This document shows, one piece after another, positions 24,201 through 36,700 of a stretch of DNA of 64,000 nt. A program made the position numbers and the translations under genes. The first letter of the stretch is position 1. Each line of letters starts with the position of its first letter. This DNA is from Antedon mediterranea. Taxonomy: Eukaryota; Animalia; Echinodermata. The notes beneath the pieces were generated by a model. The model was given only the letters and a program-made list of their open reading frames with translations, was not told the DNA's origin and did no database searches. The stretch spans positions 17,134,101 through 17,198,100 of the forward strand of contig NC_092677.1 in NCBI RefSeq assembly GCF_964355755.1, given 5' to 3'.

Positions 24201-24793
24201 TTAGACAGCCTACTTTATTTTACAAACATGGTAATAATAAATTATTTATTGAATTTTTTATGGCATACAAACTAGGACAAAAATGTATCCATTTTTTTAA
24301 GCAACAAAACTAGTTTGTTTGAATTCATTTATAAAATTAGGTCAGTTGAAGAGAACATTCCAATGGGGTATCATCTGCTAGGTCCCTGCTGCCTGCCCAG
24401 ATGTGCGATCTTTCAAGACATGGGTGAATGACCAATAGCCGTTAGCAGGACACCTGACCGTCATGATACTAATGTAACACATGCCAGAGTATGACTGTTG
24501 CCCTAAACTTGCTACATGAATTAGTATCAATTCCATTTTGCCGGGTCTTTAGCTATAGTGAGTCCCTTTCACACAGAGCTTTGAGACAGTAGGCCTATTG
24601 TGTGCAATGGTCCAGACAGGCTTCAATTCAACCATCTTTAGTAGACAGTGATTACATAAACAAAGTTCCAAGGGGTGTAGACCCACACAATAACACCACA
24701 CCACTTTCTTGGTATTACCTCTCTAATTTTTGTGTGAAAAGGGATATAATTTGTTTAAAAGTTAGAATTGAACTACTCGGCCAACTTAAAATA

Positions 24794-25607
24794 CCGTATA
24801 TTTCGGTGTATAAGTCGCACCTGTGTATAAGACGCACCCCCTAACTGAGAGTAAAATATCGGTATTTTTTATATCGTCGATGTATAAGACGCACCTTATA
24901 TTTCATCAAAACAATTTTTTTTTAAATTGTAATCAATATTATTGTAATAATATATTTTGTTATATCTACAACGGCGTTCCTTTATTTAGGTTTTTTCTTA
25001 CCCAGCCTCAACAAGTTCTTTCTAACTTGTTATTCATGAGTTTCGCACCCGCAACATCGAGTGCATGACCGTGTGTGTAACACGTACGTGTGTGGGCTAG
25101 CCTCGCTCGATCATTTCGAGAGGGCGCACGTTTTCACGGACAGTCGTATTCGATTAGTATCTATGTATTCGAGAAGTGTGTATGCTAGGTCCATGCTATA
25201 ATCACCTGGAGAATATACTAGTCGAATACCGTACCGCCAAGAAGGGCTTGCGGTGGGGTACGGCGATCGTGCGTATAACTATAAATAAATACTAGCATAG
25301 GCTATTCCAATCGTAAACGTTTAAAAATGAAATTTTATCGGAGTGCCTACAACAGCTTCATAATGAACAAATCTTTTCATCATATTTAGTATAACATCAT
25401 GCTAAAATGCCTTGAAAAATAGGCAGAAGCAGGTTGCCGTTGTGTTAGTATACTGTAGCTAGTTTAGCCTACTCAGGCCTAGCAAACGACGTGACGATAT
25501 GTGCAATCTGTGTGATGAGGCATTTATGTTCGGTGTATAAGACGCACCCTTAATTTAGAGGTCAAATTTGCGTATCAAACGTGCGACTTATACACCGAAA
25601 TATACGG
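24794..25607. mobile_element. Tc1/mariner(pogo)-like MITE
   Basis: TA|CCGTATATTTCGGTGTATAAGTCGCAC ... GTGCGACTTATACACCGAAATATACGG|TA (27-bp perfect TIR); internal GTGTATAAGACGCAC repeats. Confidence 0.9.
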
Positions 25608-28346
25608 TAAGTAGAAATAGTCTGCACATCAACATTTCTGTATGTTTGTATTAATTTCTGTATCTAGGAGGTCCCCATTTTCAGATCATAGAACTGAAGA
25701 CCATCAGGAAAGTTCTTAATTGGAGATTTTAACTATACAGTATGTCTCTGATCTTAAATCAATGCACAAGCTGAAATTAGTTTGGTTTGCTTCATTTGCT
25801 AAATGAGAAATTAAATTTAGCTGCTAGCATATTGGCGCCCTTCTACCTAATTCATTTCGCATAGGCAATCTCATCTGTATTTCTTTTATTATAATGCCTG
25901 GTCATTTAACAATGACATATTGTCTATTCATATTGGTAGTGTTATACTGTAGGCCCACTGTCTGTCCAGCCACTAAGTTATAGCAATTTAAATGTAGATT
26001 TACCATTAAATAGTAATATATCGGAAAGTTTTCAATTTAGATAATGGCCAGTACATAATAAATACAACTAAATTTGTGTCCGTTTCACTAATTAAATTTA
26101 AATCCTAAGAGGGATTGTTTAAATAAACAGTATTTTAGTAATTATATACATGTGGAATTTATTTTAATATTATTTTGTCAAGATGAACTGTACTTTCTTA
26201 GTTATTTATTTTAACAGTAATTGCATTCTACCAAAAAATGTTTTTACTTAGAGTACAAGGTGGAAAACTTAACTGAAATTGAGTTTGATTGATATAAATG
26301 AATTTCTCCTGGTAGAAATTATCACAGATGACCGACCTGTTAGATACGCCTTTGGCTAAGTAGTCTGCCAAGGGTGGACCTAGGATAGGAAGCTGCAGAG
26401 TGCAAGGATACGTGCTGCAAACATTAATGTAGGAGAAAACAAATTTCAAGAGGTAGTCTCAGTAGAAAAATGGAAAATGCACTTTTTTAAATGAAATAAA
26501 GAATCTGTGCAAGGATTGTATATATTTATAACTTCACTTTCTATAAAAATCTCTCTAGGCCAATTTCATCCCCTTCTTTTGATTTGTTTTTACCTTGAAG
26601 TAACTTGGTATATTATTTATATATAGTAGGCTCATCCACAATTTTGAAAAATCCTAAAATTATATAATAGGCTTAATCCTTATTTTAGCGGCATTGCACT
26701 GGCATGCTCCATTGTTTATCATTTAATGTTTCATTTTCTTATACACATTAGCAATTCCTGCATTTCAATTTTTCTGTACACCATTTTCCTCCCTCTATTC
26801 CTGCTGGGATTCATACAATATCACCAAGATTCCTCTGTAATCTCATTTGAAATATTAAGAAATCCCGACATTTTTATTCAGACTTTTTTTATATATATGC
26901 AAATTTACCAGCATTACACTGCTATACTCCATTCTGTTACAAGTACATTGTTTATCATTAGGATACAGATTGGTCCAAACAACCAATTCCATTCAATTAT
27001 CGCATCATCAGAAAGATTTTTGGCTTGGATTCTACTATGTCCAGAGGCGTTTTATCGTGACCTCAACAATGGTCAAGGTAGCTTTAGGTTATTCACATTA
27101 TTACTTTAATTTTGAAGGATTATCAATGACCAAGAGGGCATTTATAATAACATTTTCATTTGATGGACATCAATTGTCATTTCTGATGTTTAACAAGGCA
27201 CACTGGACTTGGTAATGAGCATGTCAAATGAGACAATAAAAGAAGAAAAGAACTGAAAATTGTATGACCACAAAGTAGAAATTAATTTTTGTTCTGTAAA
27301 AGCAATTAGGTAATTGTAAATCAATTTATAAATATCAATTAGTTGATTTTTTCTATATTAATAGAACCAATCCTTACAATTGTAATATCAAACAAGTATT
27401 ATATTAAGGGGTGGATCTATGATTCTCTAATGTGGGATCGAGCATTAACATTAATAGTCTGTCAAAAATAGATAGCAAAAATTTAAAAGTAGTTTCATTC
27501 TGTAACTCCCTATCCTCTACCCCATGGTGTATCTTCCAATATTTATATTTTTTTTATTTATTTATTTTTTTTATTCAGTTGTCAACCAACAGCGATGAAA
27601 CCGCCACTAACAGGTTGAATAAATATTATATATATAATATATTAATACATAAACAATTTTAATAGCAGAAACCTTTTGTAATGCTAAAAGACAATTAGTA
27701 GGCCTACTTTAAATTCATTTTCAATGTTAAGCGTTGATTTAGAATATTGGCTTTTGTTTAAAAGTTTCAATAATATTTTCATGTAATTTGTTGTATTTTT
27801 CATTACGTGACTGCAGACCGCACGCTAGGTAACCAAATGATCGTACGTTTCTGTAAGTGCATATTTATAGCCTCCTTAATCCTATACATGTGTTTGTAAA
27901 TTTCATTTTAAACTTCGGCCTAACTTTTACTCCATTAAATACCATTCACAACGTTAAATAAATTTAGGGTAATGTTAGATTAACAGCTGATTGTATTCTT
28001 TGATGGTATAAGTTTGAAGGTCTTGTGTCTGTCTGGGTACAAAACAAGATAGGAATCTTTAGGAATTTTACATTTCACAATTTTTCAACAACAGTTATTT
28101 TATTTGGTATTTTAAACTTTATTTTTAAGTCATGTTAAATCCATCCGCTACAGGGTTAGTATTATTATTATGTATCTCCAAACCAACTCCTAACTTGTTT
28201 GGGAAATATGAAACAGACGCATATACAATGGTGAAGCCTATCTTCTCCAAACCTCCATCATTATTCTTTTTTTGCCCAAATTCTTTGTAAAATTTATTTA
28301 GATTTTTTTTTAAAATATTAAATGCTCAACAATTATTATTGATATA

Positions 28347-29581
28347 CAGTAGAACCCCTATTAAGGGATATCCTTTGAGCAACACATTATCCCCTTAACA
28401 CTTTGACTGCCAAACACGAAGATCTTCGTTTTTGGAAACACAACGCTTGACTGCCAAACACGAAGATCTTCGTTTTTTGCGTTTTTTTTACGAAATCCGG
28501 TAGATAGGTTAATTATTGGTATATACTATAAATATGGACACTATATTCGGTCTGGACCGTAAATATTTTACTTTTTGAAAGTAACTAATCTGGTTACGAA
28601 CGATTGTCAAAATGGTACCTGTCGAAATAACATACACCGCGCATCACAGTAGCGCGTACAGCGATGGTTTGGCGCATTGTGTATCGTACGCGCGCTAGCT
28701 ATGCCGCCGAAGCATTACAAAGGTTTATGTGGATTGGCATGTTTGTTTGTTATCTGAATAAAAAATAATGGATGAATTTTCAGTATGAAATTAAGTCTTT
28801 GATTTTATTATTGTATGTATACCCTAATTGTTTTGGTGCTTCTCTGTAAGTGGCCGAGTTTCACGCAACAAACTTGTTTAGAAATGGTATGAATATTATC
28901 ATCAGTTTACTTGCTAGGCTAGTAGTACTAGGCTATAGTCTAGGCCTAGTCATAAAACGGTTCCGGACCAACTTTAGGCTAGTTAACTAGGCCTGGTGTC
29001 TTTACTATGTGGATTTTGGCAAAACATTGATGTAAGATTTATGATTTATAAAATGTAATACATTTTTCGATAGTGATAACTTGTTTTTATAGGCCTACCG
29101 GTGCCGTGTAAGTAACTTTTTCGTTGTTTGTTGATCTCACCGGGCGATATTTTCATATTGTGATGTCTTGCACAAAATCGCGAATATCTCGACTTTCTTG
29201 CTCGAAACTACGAAAAACTCAAAAAGTGGGTTACTTTCATTTTACTATTACGATTTACATATTGCGATTTGAAAATCGTTCTTGGTACCATTGTAAAGCT
29301 AAAATCTTTATGATTATTTTAGTCTAAATTACATGTAAATCCGATCACATACATAGTTTCAATCAGCTTTAATAAAAACATCGAATTGGGCTAAAGACGC
29401 TGGCGGTGGCAGTTTCTAACTGAAAAAACCTCTGGCAGTCAAAGTGTTAATAGGATTGTATTCTTTGTAGGTTTGACCATAGTGTTAAAACATATTGCAC
29501 TTAAATTTGTTTCACAGGAAAGTGTTCCCTTAATAAAGGTGACCCCTGAATAAGGGTGGTCCTAAAGGAAGGGTTTACGGT
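28347..29581. mobile_element. Degenerate Tc1/mariner-like MITE (TA|CAGTAGAACCCC...) split by a piggyBac-like insertion
   Basis: Left end TACAGTAGAACCCCTATTAAGGG; right end CCCCTGAATAAGGG...GGGTTTACGG; target TTAA at 28395-28398. Confidence 0.5.
28399..29446. mobile_element. piggyBac-like MITE, family B
   Basis: TTAA|CACTTTGACTGCCA ... TGGCAGTCAAAGTG|TTAA; duplicated subterminal GACTGCCAAACACGAAGATCTTCG. Confidence 0.88.
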
Positions 29582-30453
29582 GTTTGTATGATATATTAGT
29601 GTTATTATTTACTGCTAATATTTTGTATGTGCAGAATGTCTGGATCCATCTAAATATTAGTGTCACATGATTTAGATCGTCAGATGTGTAAATGTGTTAA
29701 GTGACAGATAAATGAGTTTTAGTCACATGATAAATAATGTAGTTGCTAGCGAGTGAATGAGTTTGTCGCGTGACTTCATACCAACATGTGCTCATATCAT
29801 CATTAAATTACCTTTGCTAGGCTTTGGTATCTATGTTTAATGTGGGTAATAAAAGCTCACTGCGTCACTGAATTTTATTCTGTACTTGAGATTAATTAGA
29901 CTTAGGGTGTCTACAGGATTTTGGCACTGTTATCACTGCATAGGCCCTACTTTCTACGCCTGGATCCAGGGGTGTCTGTAGTGCTAGTGCTCCCTGGTTC
30001 CATCCCTTTTTATGCTATCCTATTTTTTTTTAATGCTATTTTAATTTGAGAGATGCTGGAGGATGAATATTCGTTATTGACTTTAGGGTTGGATGTAATC
30101 TATCATTTTCTGCTCTGGTTTCTTAGGCTAGAATAAATGTGTATGTAGTTATGTTGGTCACTGACTATCTTGGTTTCTTCTAACTAGTTTCACCATGGCT
30201 ACCAGGTTTTGTGACTTACAGTCATTAATGTGAACTGTTCAATGCCCAGGCTGTTCAAACCATTTTTCTATCACTTAATTGACTCTCAAGTATAGAAATC
30301 AGACAAGCCATTACACAATCGAAAACAATTTTTAACAAACACTTTAGTATTCTACTTAAAGGCCGTCGACTCTAGCTATATGACATAGAATAGGAGGAAC
30401 GAAAATGTATGTATAATAAATCTATGAGTTCAACACATTAATATATTACTCTT

Positions 30454-30771
30454 AGTGAGTGAGTGGCCGAGCGGTTCAGACAGTGGAACCGTAATCACGT
30501 GGCCATAACATCGGCAGAGGTTCGAGGCTCACTCACTCCATGGTTCTGGTGGTAGAACGAGTCTTCTCGGATAAGGACTATAAACCGTAGGTCCAGTGTA
30601 CACAACTTGCTCGTGTGCACTTTAAAGAACCTAGTACATCTTTCGAGACAAGTAGGGGGTTACCCCGGTGTATTAGTACATCACAGCCACTGATCACCAA
30701 CTGAGCCCTCTGGGAGACCAGTCTTTGACTGAAGAGGTTACCCAGTATAAAGATAAAACAAACAAACAAAC
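30454..30771 (+). mobile_element. tRNA-derived SINE with Deu/Nin-like core and (AAAC)n tail
   Basis: Pol III A box TGGCCGAGCGG (30464-30474) and B box GGTTCGAGGC (30519-30528); core TTCTCGGATAAGGACTATAAACCGTAGGTCC...TTAAAGAACC...GAGACAAGTAGGGGGTTACCCCGGTGT resembles the Deu domain from memory. Confidence 0.8.
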
Positions 30772-31209
30772 TTCAGTTATGTATGACAATGTCAATTTTC
30801 TGCCAACTTATAAAACTCATCAATATATACTAAGTAATGATTTCATATCATTATACAGCATCTTGACATAGGTTATCATATGATATCAATTGAATTGCAT
30901 AAGAATTGCATCGTTCAGATGAGGTTACTGAACTATAGTCCAATGGGATGATAATATAGGTGACATCAAATAGATGCAGACCAGGTGTAAATCTGGTTTC
31001 CTTATGTGTCTAGCCTCAGATGTCATCCCCTTGTAACCCCAGTCTGTTACTGTGTCAATTGAATAAAAGTTACATTCATAAAATGTGGTATGTCAACATT
31101 TGTTATTAGGATGCATCTCATAAAACTCTGTTCTATTCAGAATTTAAAGATGGTAACTACCTCAGTCCGTATCAGTAGAACTTTTAGAAATTGTTTCTTC
31201 TCAACATGG

Positions 31210-31465
31210 ATTTGATTTGATTTATTAGCATCTCATTAAAAAGACATACACAGGAAAGGACCCCATTGGAATTAAGCTGTTTCAGCTTTATGGGTCATCC
31301 TGGTATTTTTTTTGTATTTCTTGAGTACTGAATAAAACAAACAAACAAACAGTTTATGAAACAGAGATATATACAATTAAAAAATGATGAAAATACATAA
31401 ACAGAGATGCAGGATAGCCCATGAAAGTCTCACATTGAGACTTATTTCCAATGGGGTCTTCAATA
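31210..31465. mobile_element. Cluster of CR1/L2-group LINE 3' ends in both orientations
   Basis: Plus strand: GGACCCCATTGGAATTAAGC...GCTTTATGGGTCATCC...AATAAAACAAACAAAC. Minus strand: GACCCCATTGGAAATAAGTCTC...GAGACTTTCATGGGCTATCC and an AATAAATCAAATCAAA tail. Confidence 0.6.
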
Positions 31466-32450
31466 ACAAATTTAAAAAGACAATACAAAAAAATATATAA
31501 AAGATATATATAAATTGTAAGCTCTATCTGTAGATATTTTTAAAGCACATATACAATATGTTGTGTATGGAATAATAGCAACCTTGCATTGTCACTGGTG
31601 TGCCACTTGACTAAACAGCTATCTGTTTAATTGTTGTTAGATCCAATAGCTGTATTGTCACAAGGCACATTATTAAAACAAAAGGCCACTGTTATCGTTA
31701 TTTCCAAGCATTAAGCTTCAGTAAAATGGTTTGAGGTATTATATAAAACCAAAGCAACCATACACATAATCTATACAGTATTTAGAAATTTTATAAAATA
31801 TTGGGCCAAATTACATGAGTTTTATTTTTTAAAGCACAGAGTTTAGACCAATTTTATACTATTTGCTTATTATATATTAAATGAAATCTAAATCTTAAAT
31901 TTGTTATTCAATTATGGCCTAAAATTTAAAAATAATAGTGACATTAAATGTCAGTTGAAATTGAGGTGTAAAAATAAGAAAACCAGCTTCTGGACTCATG
32001 CCATCAATTGATATACATTTTTAAAAGAGATAATTAATTTGGAGCCGCTTATGTTGTGAAGTTAAACTATAAAGTATAGGAAGAGGATGATGGAAATTTT
32101 TATTGATTTATGTCGTTTGTCGTAAAAAAAATAATTTAAATGACAGCTTTATAGCATATAAATCCTGAGTCAAGTGTTTCCCGATATGATAAGATGGCAT
32201 GGGTGTTTGTCTAGGTAGCCAATTTTCCTTCATTGCTTAAATAAAGAGCAGTTTCCTTCTCTCCACAAAATTTGTTCAACAAGGTCCATAGTACTTTAAA
32301 AACCATTGTCTCTTTCTATTGTAGGCCTATACATTGAATTACAAACTCATAATACAAATTTTGATTAAAACATAAAATAATAAATACCCACTGAAAATTT
32401 ATATATATATTGTTTTAAATATTAAAGTTTTAAATAGTAGTTACAATTAA

Positions 32451-32955
32451 CACGTTCACTGCCACGGCGTATTTATACGTCAAAAATTGCGTGTCGCTAC
32501 TTGCCAAGACGTAATACTACGTCAAAATCGTAGCACTTTTGTATTGTATGTAGAATCGCTGGCAGTGGTGATTGGAACAGGAATTATCGCATGGCAGTTT
32601 ATGAATGATGTACGTAAACGATAATCTAAAAATAAATGTCATATGTTTGTTTGTGTTTATTCCCTCATGCATTGAATATGGTTGATACGATGGCGCCCTC
32701 ACACTCAATATAATCATCTCAAACATGTCATAAATTGCGCTAATAGTAAATAAAAATAATAAAGGATGAAATGATTCAGTGTGGTTTACTGTTTTTATCT
32801 CTCGATGATAGGGTGGGTCAGAGGATGGGGGTCAGATATTGACCCCATCATGATAGTCTGTGACCAGATGTTACACTTTCAAACTGTAATTTAATATGTA
32901 AATGGGACTTGGCACTGGGACAGAAATTACGGAAAATGCCTTGGCAGTCAATGTG
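32451..32955. mobile_element. piggyBac-like MITE related to family B
   Basis: TTAA|CACGTTCACTGCCA ... TGGCAGTCAATGTG|TTAA. Confidence 0.75.
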
Positions 32956-33300
32956 TTAAAACTATAGCTAAACTTGAAGTTAAAATTCTATATTCATTTT
33001 ATAATGCAATATAAGATACAATATATCAAAAATAGTAAATGTTAATAATGTCCATCACCCAAATAAAATGTATATTCCCTATATACCAACAAATTATTTC
33101 GTGTCAAAAACTCCTAAAGCTGTTTCACATTTGGTGGTGAAACGACATTGAAGCTTGGCATTTTGTCTTGGTGGACGCACGCCAAATGTATTTTTTTTAA
33201 TTCACTTATCTTCCTTTACTGTGCAAAACCTCATTTGAGTATAGTCGCCCATGGGTATTGTGTAATAAATCTTGTTCTTCATCCTCCTCCCACTGAGACT

Positions 33301-34290
33301 CTAAAGGGTTGCTTGGTAAATTTCCTTTAAAGATGCAAAACATTCACCAGCAGTAGGACGTGTGGTTGGAGTTCTTTCCCAACACTTCAGCATTAAGTCT
33401 TGCAGCGGGCCAGACTCCAGATCATTTAGCGCTGGCATGTGTTCACCTTTTCCAACATTCTCTGTCAACTGATTTTTGTTGTAATCGGGAAAAACCTCAT
33501 CCTGGCTAAATATTTCAAATATAACCAAACCAAATGAGTAGACATCTGCCATCATCATTCCTTTAGTGTTAAGTAATTCACCACGAAGAACCTCTGGTGC
33601 TGAATAACGTGGAGTGCCAACTTCCCGTACCATTTCGTCGTCGTCCCCTGTCCTTGAATGTGATGTTTCAGAGTAGTTTTTTATCTTGCTCAAACCGAAA
33701 TCTGTGATCTTTACTTCGTGCTTGTCTCCACCCTCAGCAGAAATGTTGATCAACACATTTGTTGGTTTTATGTCACAGTGAGCAACATTCTCAGAATGAA
33801 GGTATCCAAGACCATTGGAAATTTCCATTGCAATAAATACGTGCTCCGTATCACTGAACTCATACTCCTTGACATGCAGTTGGTAATATAGACTTTCATC
33901 CATAAGCTCCATCACGATGCAGAGGTTAGGTGTCTTGATACAGGCACCATAGAAAGCAATAATGTTCTTGTGTTTCAGTTTGCAGAAGATTCGAACTTCA
34001 TCTTCAAACTCAGTCAACTTCTTTTGACTCACACGCTGGACACGTAACTTCTTAATAGCAACTTTGTCCCCTTTCATATGTCCTTCATGAATGTCGCCAA
34101 AGCCACCATGGCCAATTTTCTTGCCGAGATCAAGGTCACGGAACTGAAGAATTGTATGCTCATACCATTCAAATGGTTTTTTTGTTGCTTCTTGATTTCT
34201 TGATATGCCTAACTCAATACGATTAAACTGTTCAGACAAATGCGACTCCAAATTTCTATCTGCTCTAAATGGTGGTGTAAATTCTGCATG
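33301..34290 (-). CDS. Repeat-containing TKL-type Ser/Thr kinase, coding exon 2 (whole kinase domain, stop)
   Basis: TTTACAG acceptor, then HAEFTPPFRADRNLESH in frame; GHGGFG, VAIKKL, alphaC E, HCDIKPTN, DFG, GTPRYSAPE, DVYSFG, CW...RP all intact; 990 nt including TAG. Confidence 0.92.
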   Translation of the reverse strand, partial: HAEFTPPFRADRNLESHLSEQFNRIELGISRNQEATKKPFEWYEHTILQFRDLDLGKKIGHGGFGDIHEGHMKGDKVAIKKLRVQRVSQKKLTEFEDEVRIFCKLKHKNIIAFYGACIKTPNLCIVMELMDESLYYQLHVKEYEFSDTEHVFIAMEISNGLGYLHSENVAHCDIKPTNVLINISAEGGDKHEVKITDFGLSKIKNYSETSHSRTGDDDEMVREVGTPRYSAPEVLRGELLNTKGMMMADVYSFGLVIFEIFSQDEVFPDYNKNQLTENVGKGEHMPALNDLESGPLQDLMLKCWERTPTTRPTAGECFASLKEIYQATL

Positions 34291-34430
34291 CTGTAAATAA
34301 TAATTGGAAATATATTAAATTGTATGTACAATATGAAGTCGGTTTAATATTTAATGAAAGCCTCTTATAATAAAAAAAAAATTGTGGAGATTATATATGA
34401 AGTATGCAGTTAAATTGTAATTAAACATAC

Positions 34431-35420
34431 CGGAGTATACATAACATGTTCAAAAGCCATCCTCAGATACACAGTTTTCTTTGAACTCACAGGCACAGTT
34501 CTAAATGGCATTCCAACTCTACCAATTCTTCGATTTGCTTCATTATCCTTATATAGCTTAACTCCAGGATTTTTAACCTGCTTTTTGCCAGTGTGTGAGT
34601 TCTTCGAAATAGGCATAGTTCGTAGATCCATGCCAACTCTACCAACTCTACGGTTGTATGCATTATCAACATAGGTTTTAGGCTTAGTAGTGCTGCTTGC
34701 TGAACTGCTAGAAGGGACTACCTTGGTTCCATGATCCATGCCAACCCTATCATGAGTACGGTTGAATGTATTATCAACATAGGTTTTAGGCTTAGTAGTG
34801 CTGCTTGCTGAACTGCTAGAAGGGACTACCTTGGTTCCATGATCCATGCCAACCCTATCATGAGTACGGTTGAATGTATTATCAACATAGGTTTTAGGTT
34901 TAGAGGTGCTGCTTGCTGAACTGCTTGAAGGGACTACCTTGGTTCCATGATCCATGCCAACTCTATCATGAGTATTGTTGAATGTATTATCAACATAGGT
35001 TTTAGGTTTAGAGGTGCTGCTTGCTGAACTGCTAGAAGGGACTACCTTGGTTCCATGATCCATGCCAACTCTATCATGAGTACGGTTGAATGTATTATCA
35101 ACATAGGTTTTAGGTTTAGAGGTGCTGCTTGCTGAACTGCTAGAAGGGACTACCTTGGTTCCATGATCCATGCCAACTCTACCAATTTTACGGTTGGGTG
35201 CATTATCAGCATATGTTTTTTTTAAAGACCCAGAACTACTGGAATAACTGCTGCTACTTCCGCTACTGCCAGAGGCACCACTTGCGCTTGCACCTGTACT
35301 GCTTGAGCTTTTATTGCTGCTGCTACTAGATTTTGATTGCTTAGCGCTTCCCATAGGCTTACCAGCCCTACCCGAACGTCTGTTAGAGGCATTATTTTTG
35401 TATGTTTTTCCACTAGACAT
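34431..35420 (-). CDS. Repeat-containing TKL-type kinase, coding exon 1 (8 x KTYxDNxxNRxxGRVG motif, Ser-rich linkers)
   Basis: AAAAATG start at 35420; 330 codons ending ...VMYTP|GTATGT donor, phase 0, compatible with the acceptor at 34291; 140-nt intron; joined protein 659 aa. Confidence 0.85.
34630..35220 (-). repeat. Coding tandem repeat, 108 bp (36 aa), about 5 copies
   Basis: CCTTGGTTCCATGATCCATG recurs at 34721, 34829, 34937, 35045, 35153. Confidence 0.95.
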
Positions 35421-35901
35421 TTTTGGTACAGCTCAGCTAAATGTAATCTGCAAGATGTAATTTACATATGGATTTAGAGGGAGGCACACTGGTGGGAGGG
35501 GGGGGGGGGGGGAAGCAGACACTAAGTATTTGAGCCACATGGCCCAAGCGAATTTTGGTAAATGACACGGAAATGGTACTCTCGCACACATAAAATTCAT
35601 GAGTGGCACCTAGTTGGCCCAAAAATAACACTCCCATGTATCACACAACAATCAGCAAAACGATCAGACTTTTTCCGATGGTAAACACAAATGAGATTCT
35701 GTGTGGGAACCGCCGATTGTTTGATCATTCTTCACACAGAGTCAGGTGTTTTGGTTTGCGATCAATGCATACCGTATAGCCAACATGCACTCGGACTGTC
35801 AACCAATTGGTAATTTAAAACATTACTAAATTAAATACAATTTGCTGTATTCAGTCGATAATACGAAGCTGTGAGGCTTCAACCCTCTTCCACTTCTTTA
35901 A

Positions 35902-36700
35902 CCCTTTCACTGCGGAGCATTATTAATTAATTATTATTTCTAATTGAGATAATTGTGTAATTATTTTTGTGGTGTGTGATGGGCAAAAGGTTAGTCTACA
36001 GTTAGGTATAAAAAAAAATGTAATTTGCATATTGATGACGTCATGTGACGTCATTACAGGTATTTTGGATTTCGTGTTTTTTATCGAATCAATAATAAAA
36101 ACTATATTTTGTATAAGAAATTCTTATGGAATACGTTTTTCCAACTGAATATTGATAAAGATACGTATATCAAATAAAAATATTTAAAAAAATTGAATTA
36201 TTGTTATTGTTTTATAAAAATTATGCACAAATCAAAGTTTTGGGGCAAAATCGTGAAAATAATGACATTTTCCAAAAATTCACTATAGTACAAAACTAAC
36301 TATTGTTTCAGAATTTTTTTTTTTTGCGTGTTGTGATAAACACAATGTTGCCCTATTGGGGCTGGCTGGTTACTTTCAAAATGGCCGCCATTACGCTACT
36401 CAAAACAACTTTCCAAGATAGAATACTATTATATACACTATACTATATATAATATAACTATAGAGGGCGCATGATTTTCAAGACAATAATACAGCTATAG
36501 AGGGGGGTTTTTTTTTGCTGTAAAAATTTTTTAATGACTTGCAAAAATATTCAAGTTCATCGAACAAATATAGAGGGTGCTATATATTATAGGCAAATAC
36601 GATTAAATCATTGTTTTGCCCATACCCGGTATTACCGGGTATACGCACTTCAACGACGTTTGTTTATACCCGGTAGTACCGGGTATACGCAGTGAAAGGG
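35902..36700 (+). mobile_element. piggyBac-like MITE, family A, copy 2
   Basis: TTAA|CCCTTTCACTGCG ... CGCAGTGAAAGGG|TTAA perfect TIR. Confidence 0.9.

Noticed and set aside
30454-30540. tRNA gene
   Set aside because: A and B boxes are present but I could not build a canonical cloverleaf; it continues into a SINE core and tail.
33301-35420. Both kinase coding exons being exactly 990 nt
   Set aside because: No sequence similarity between them; treated as coincidence.
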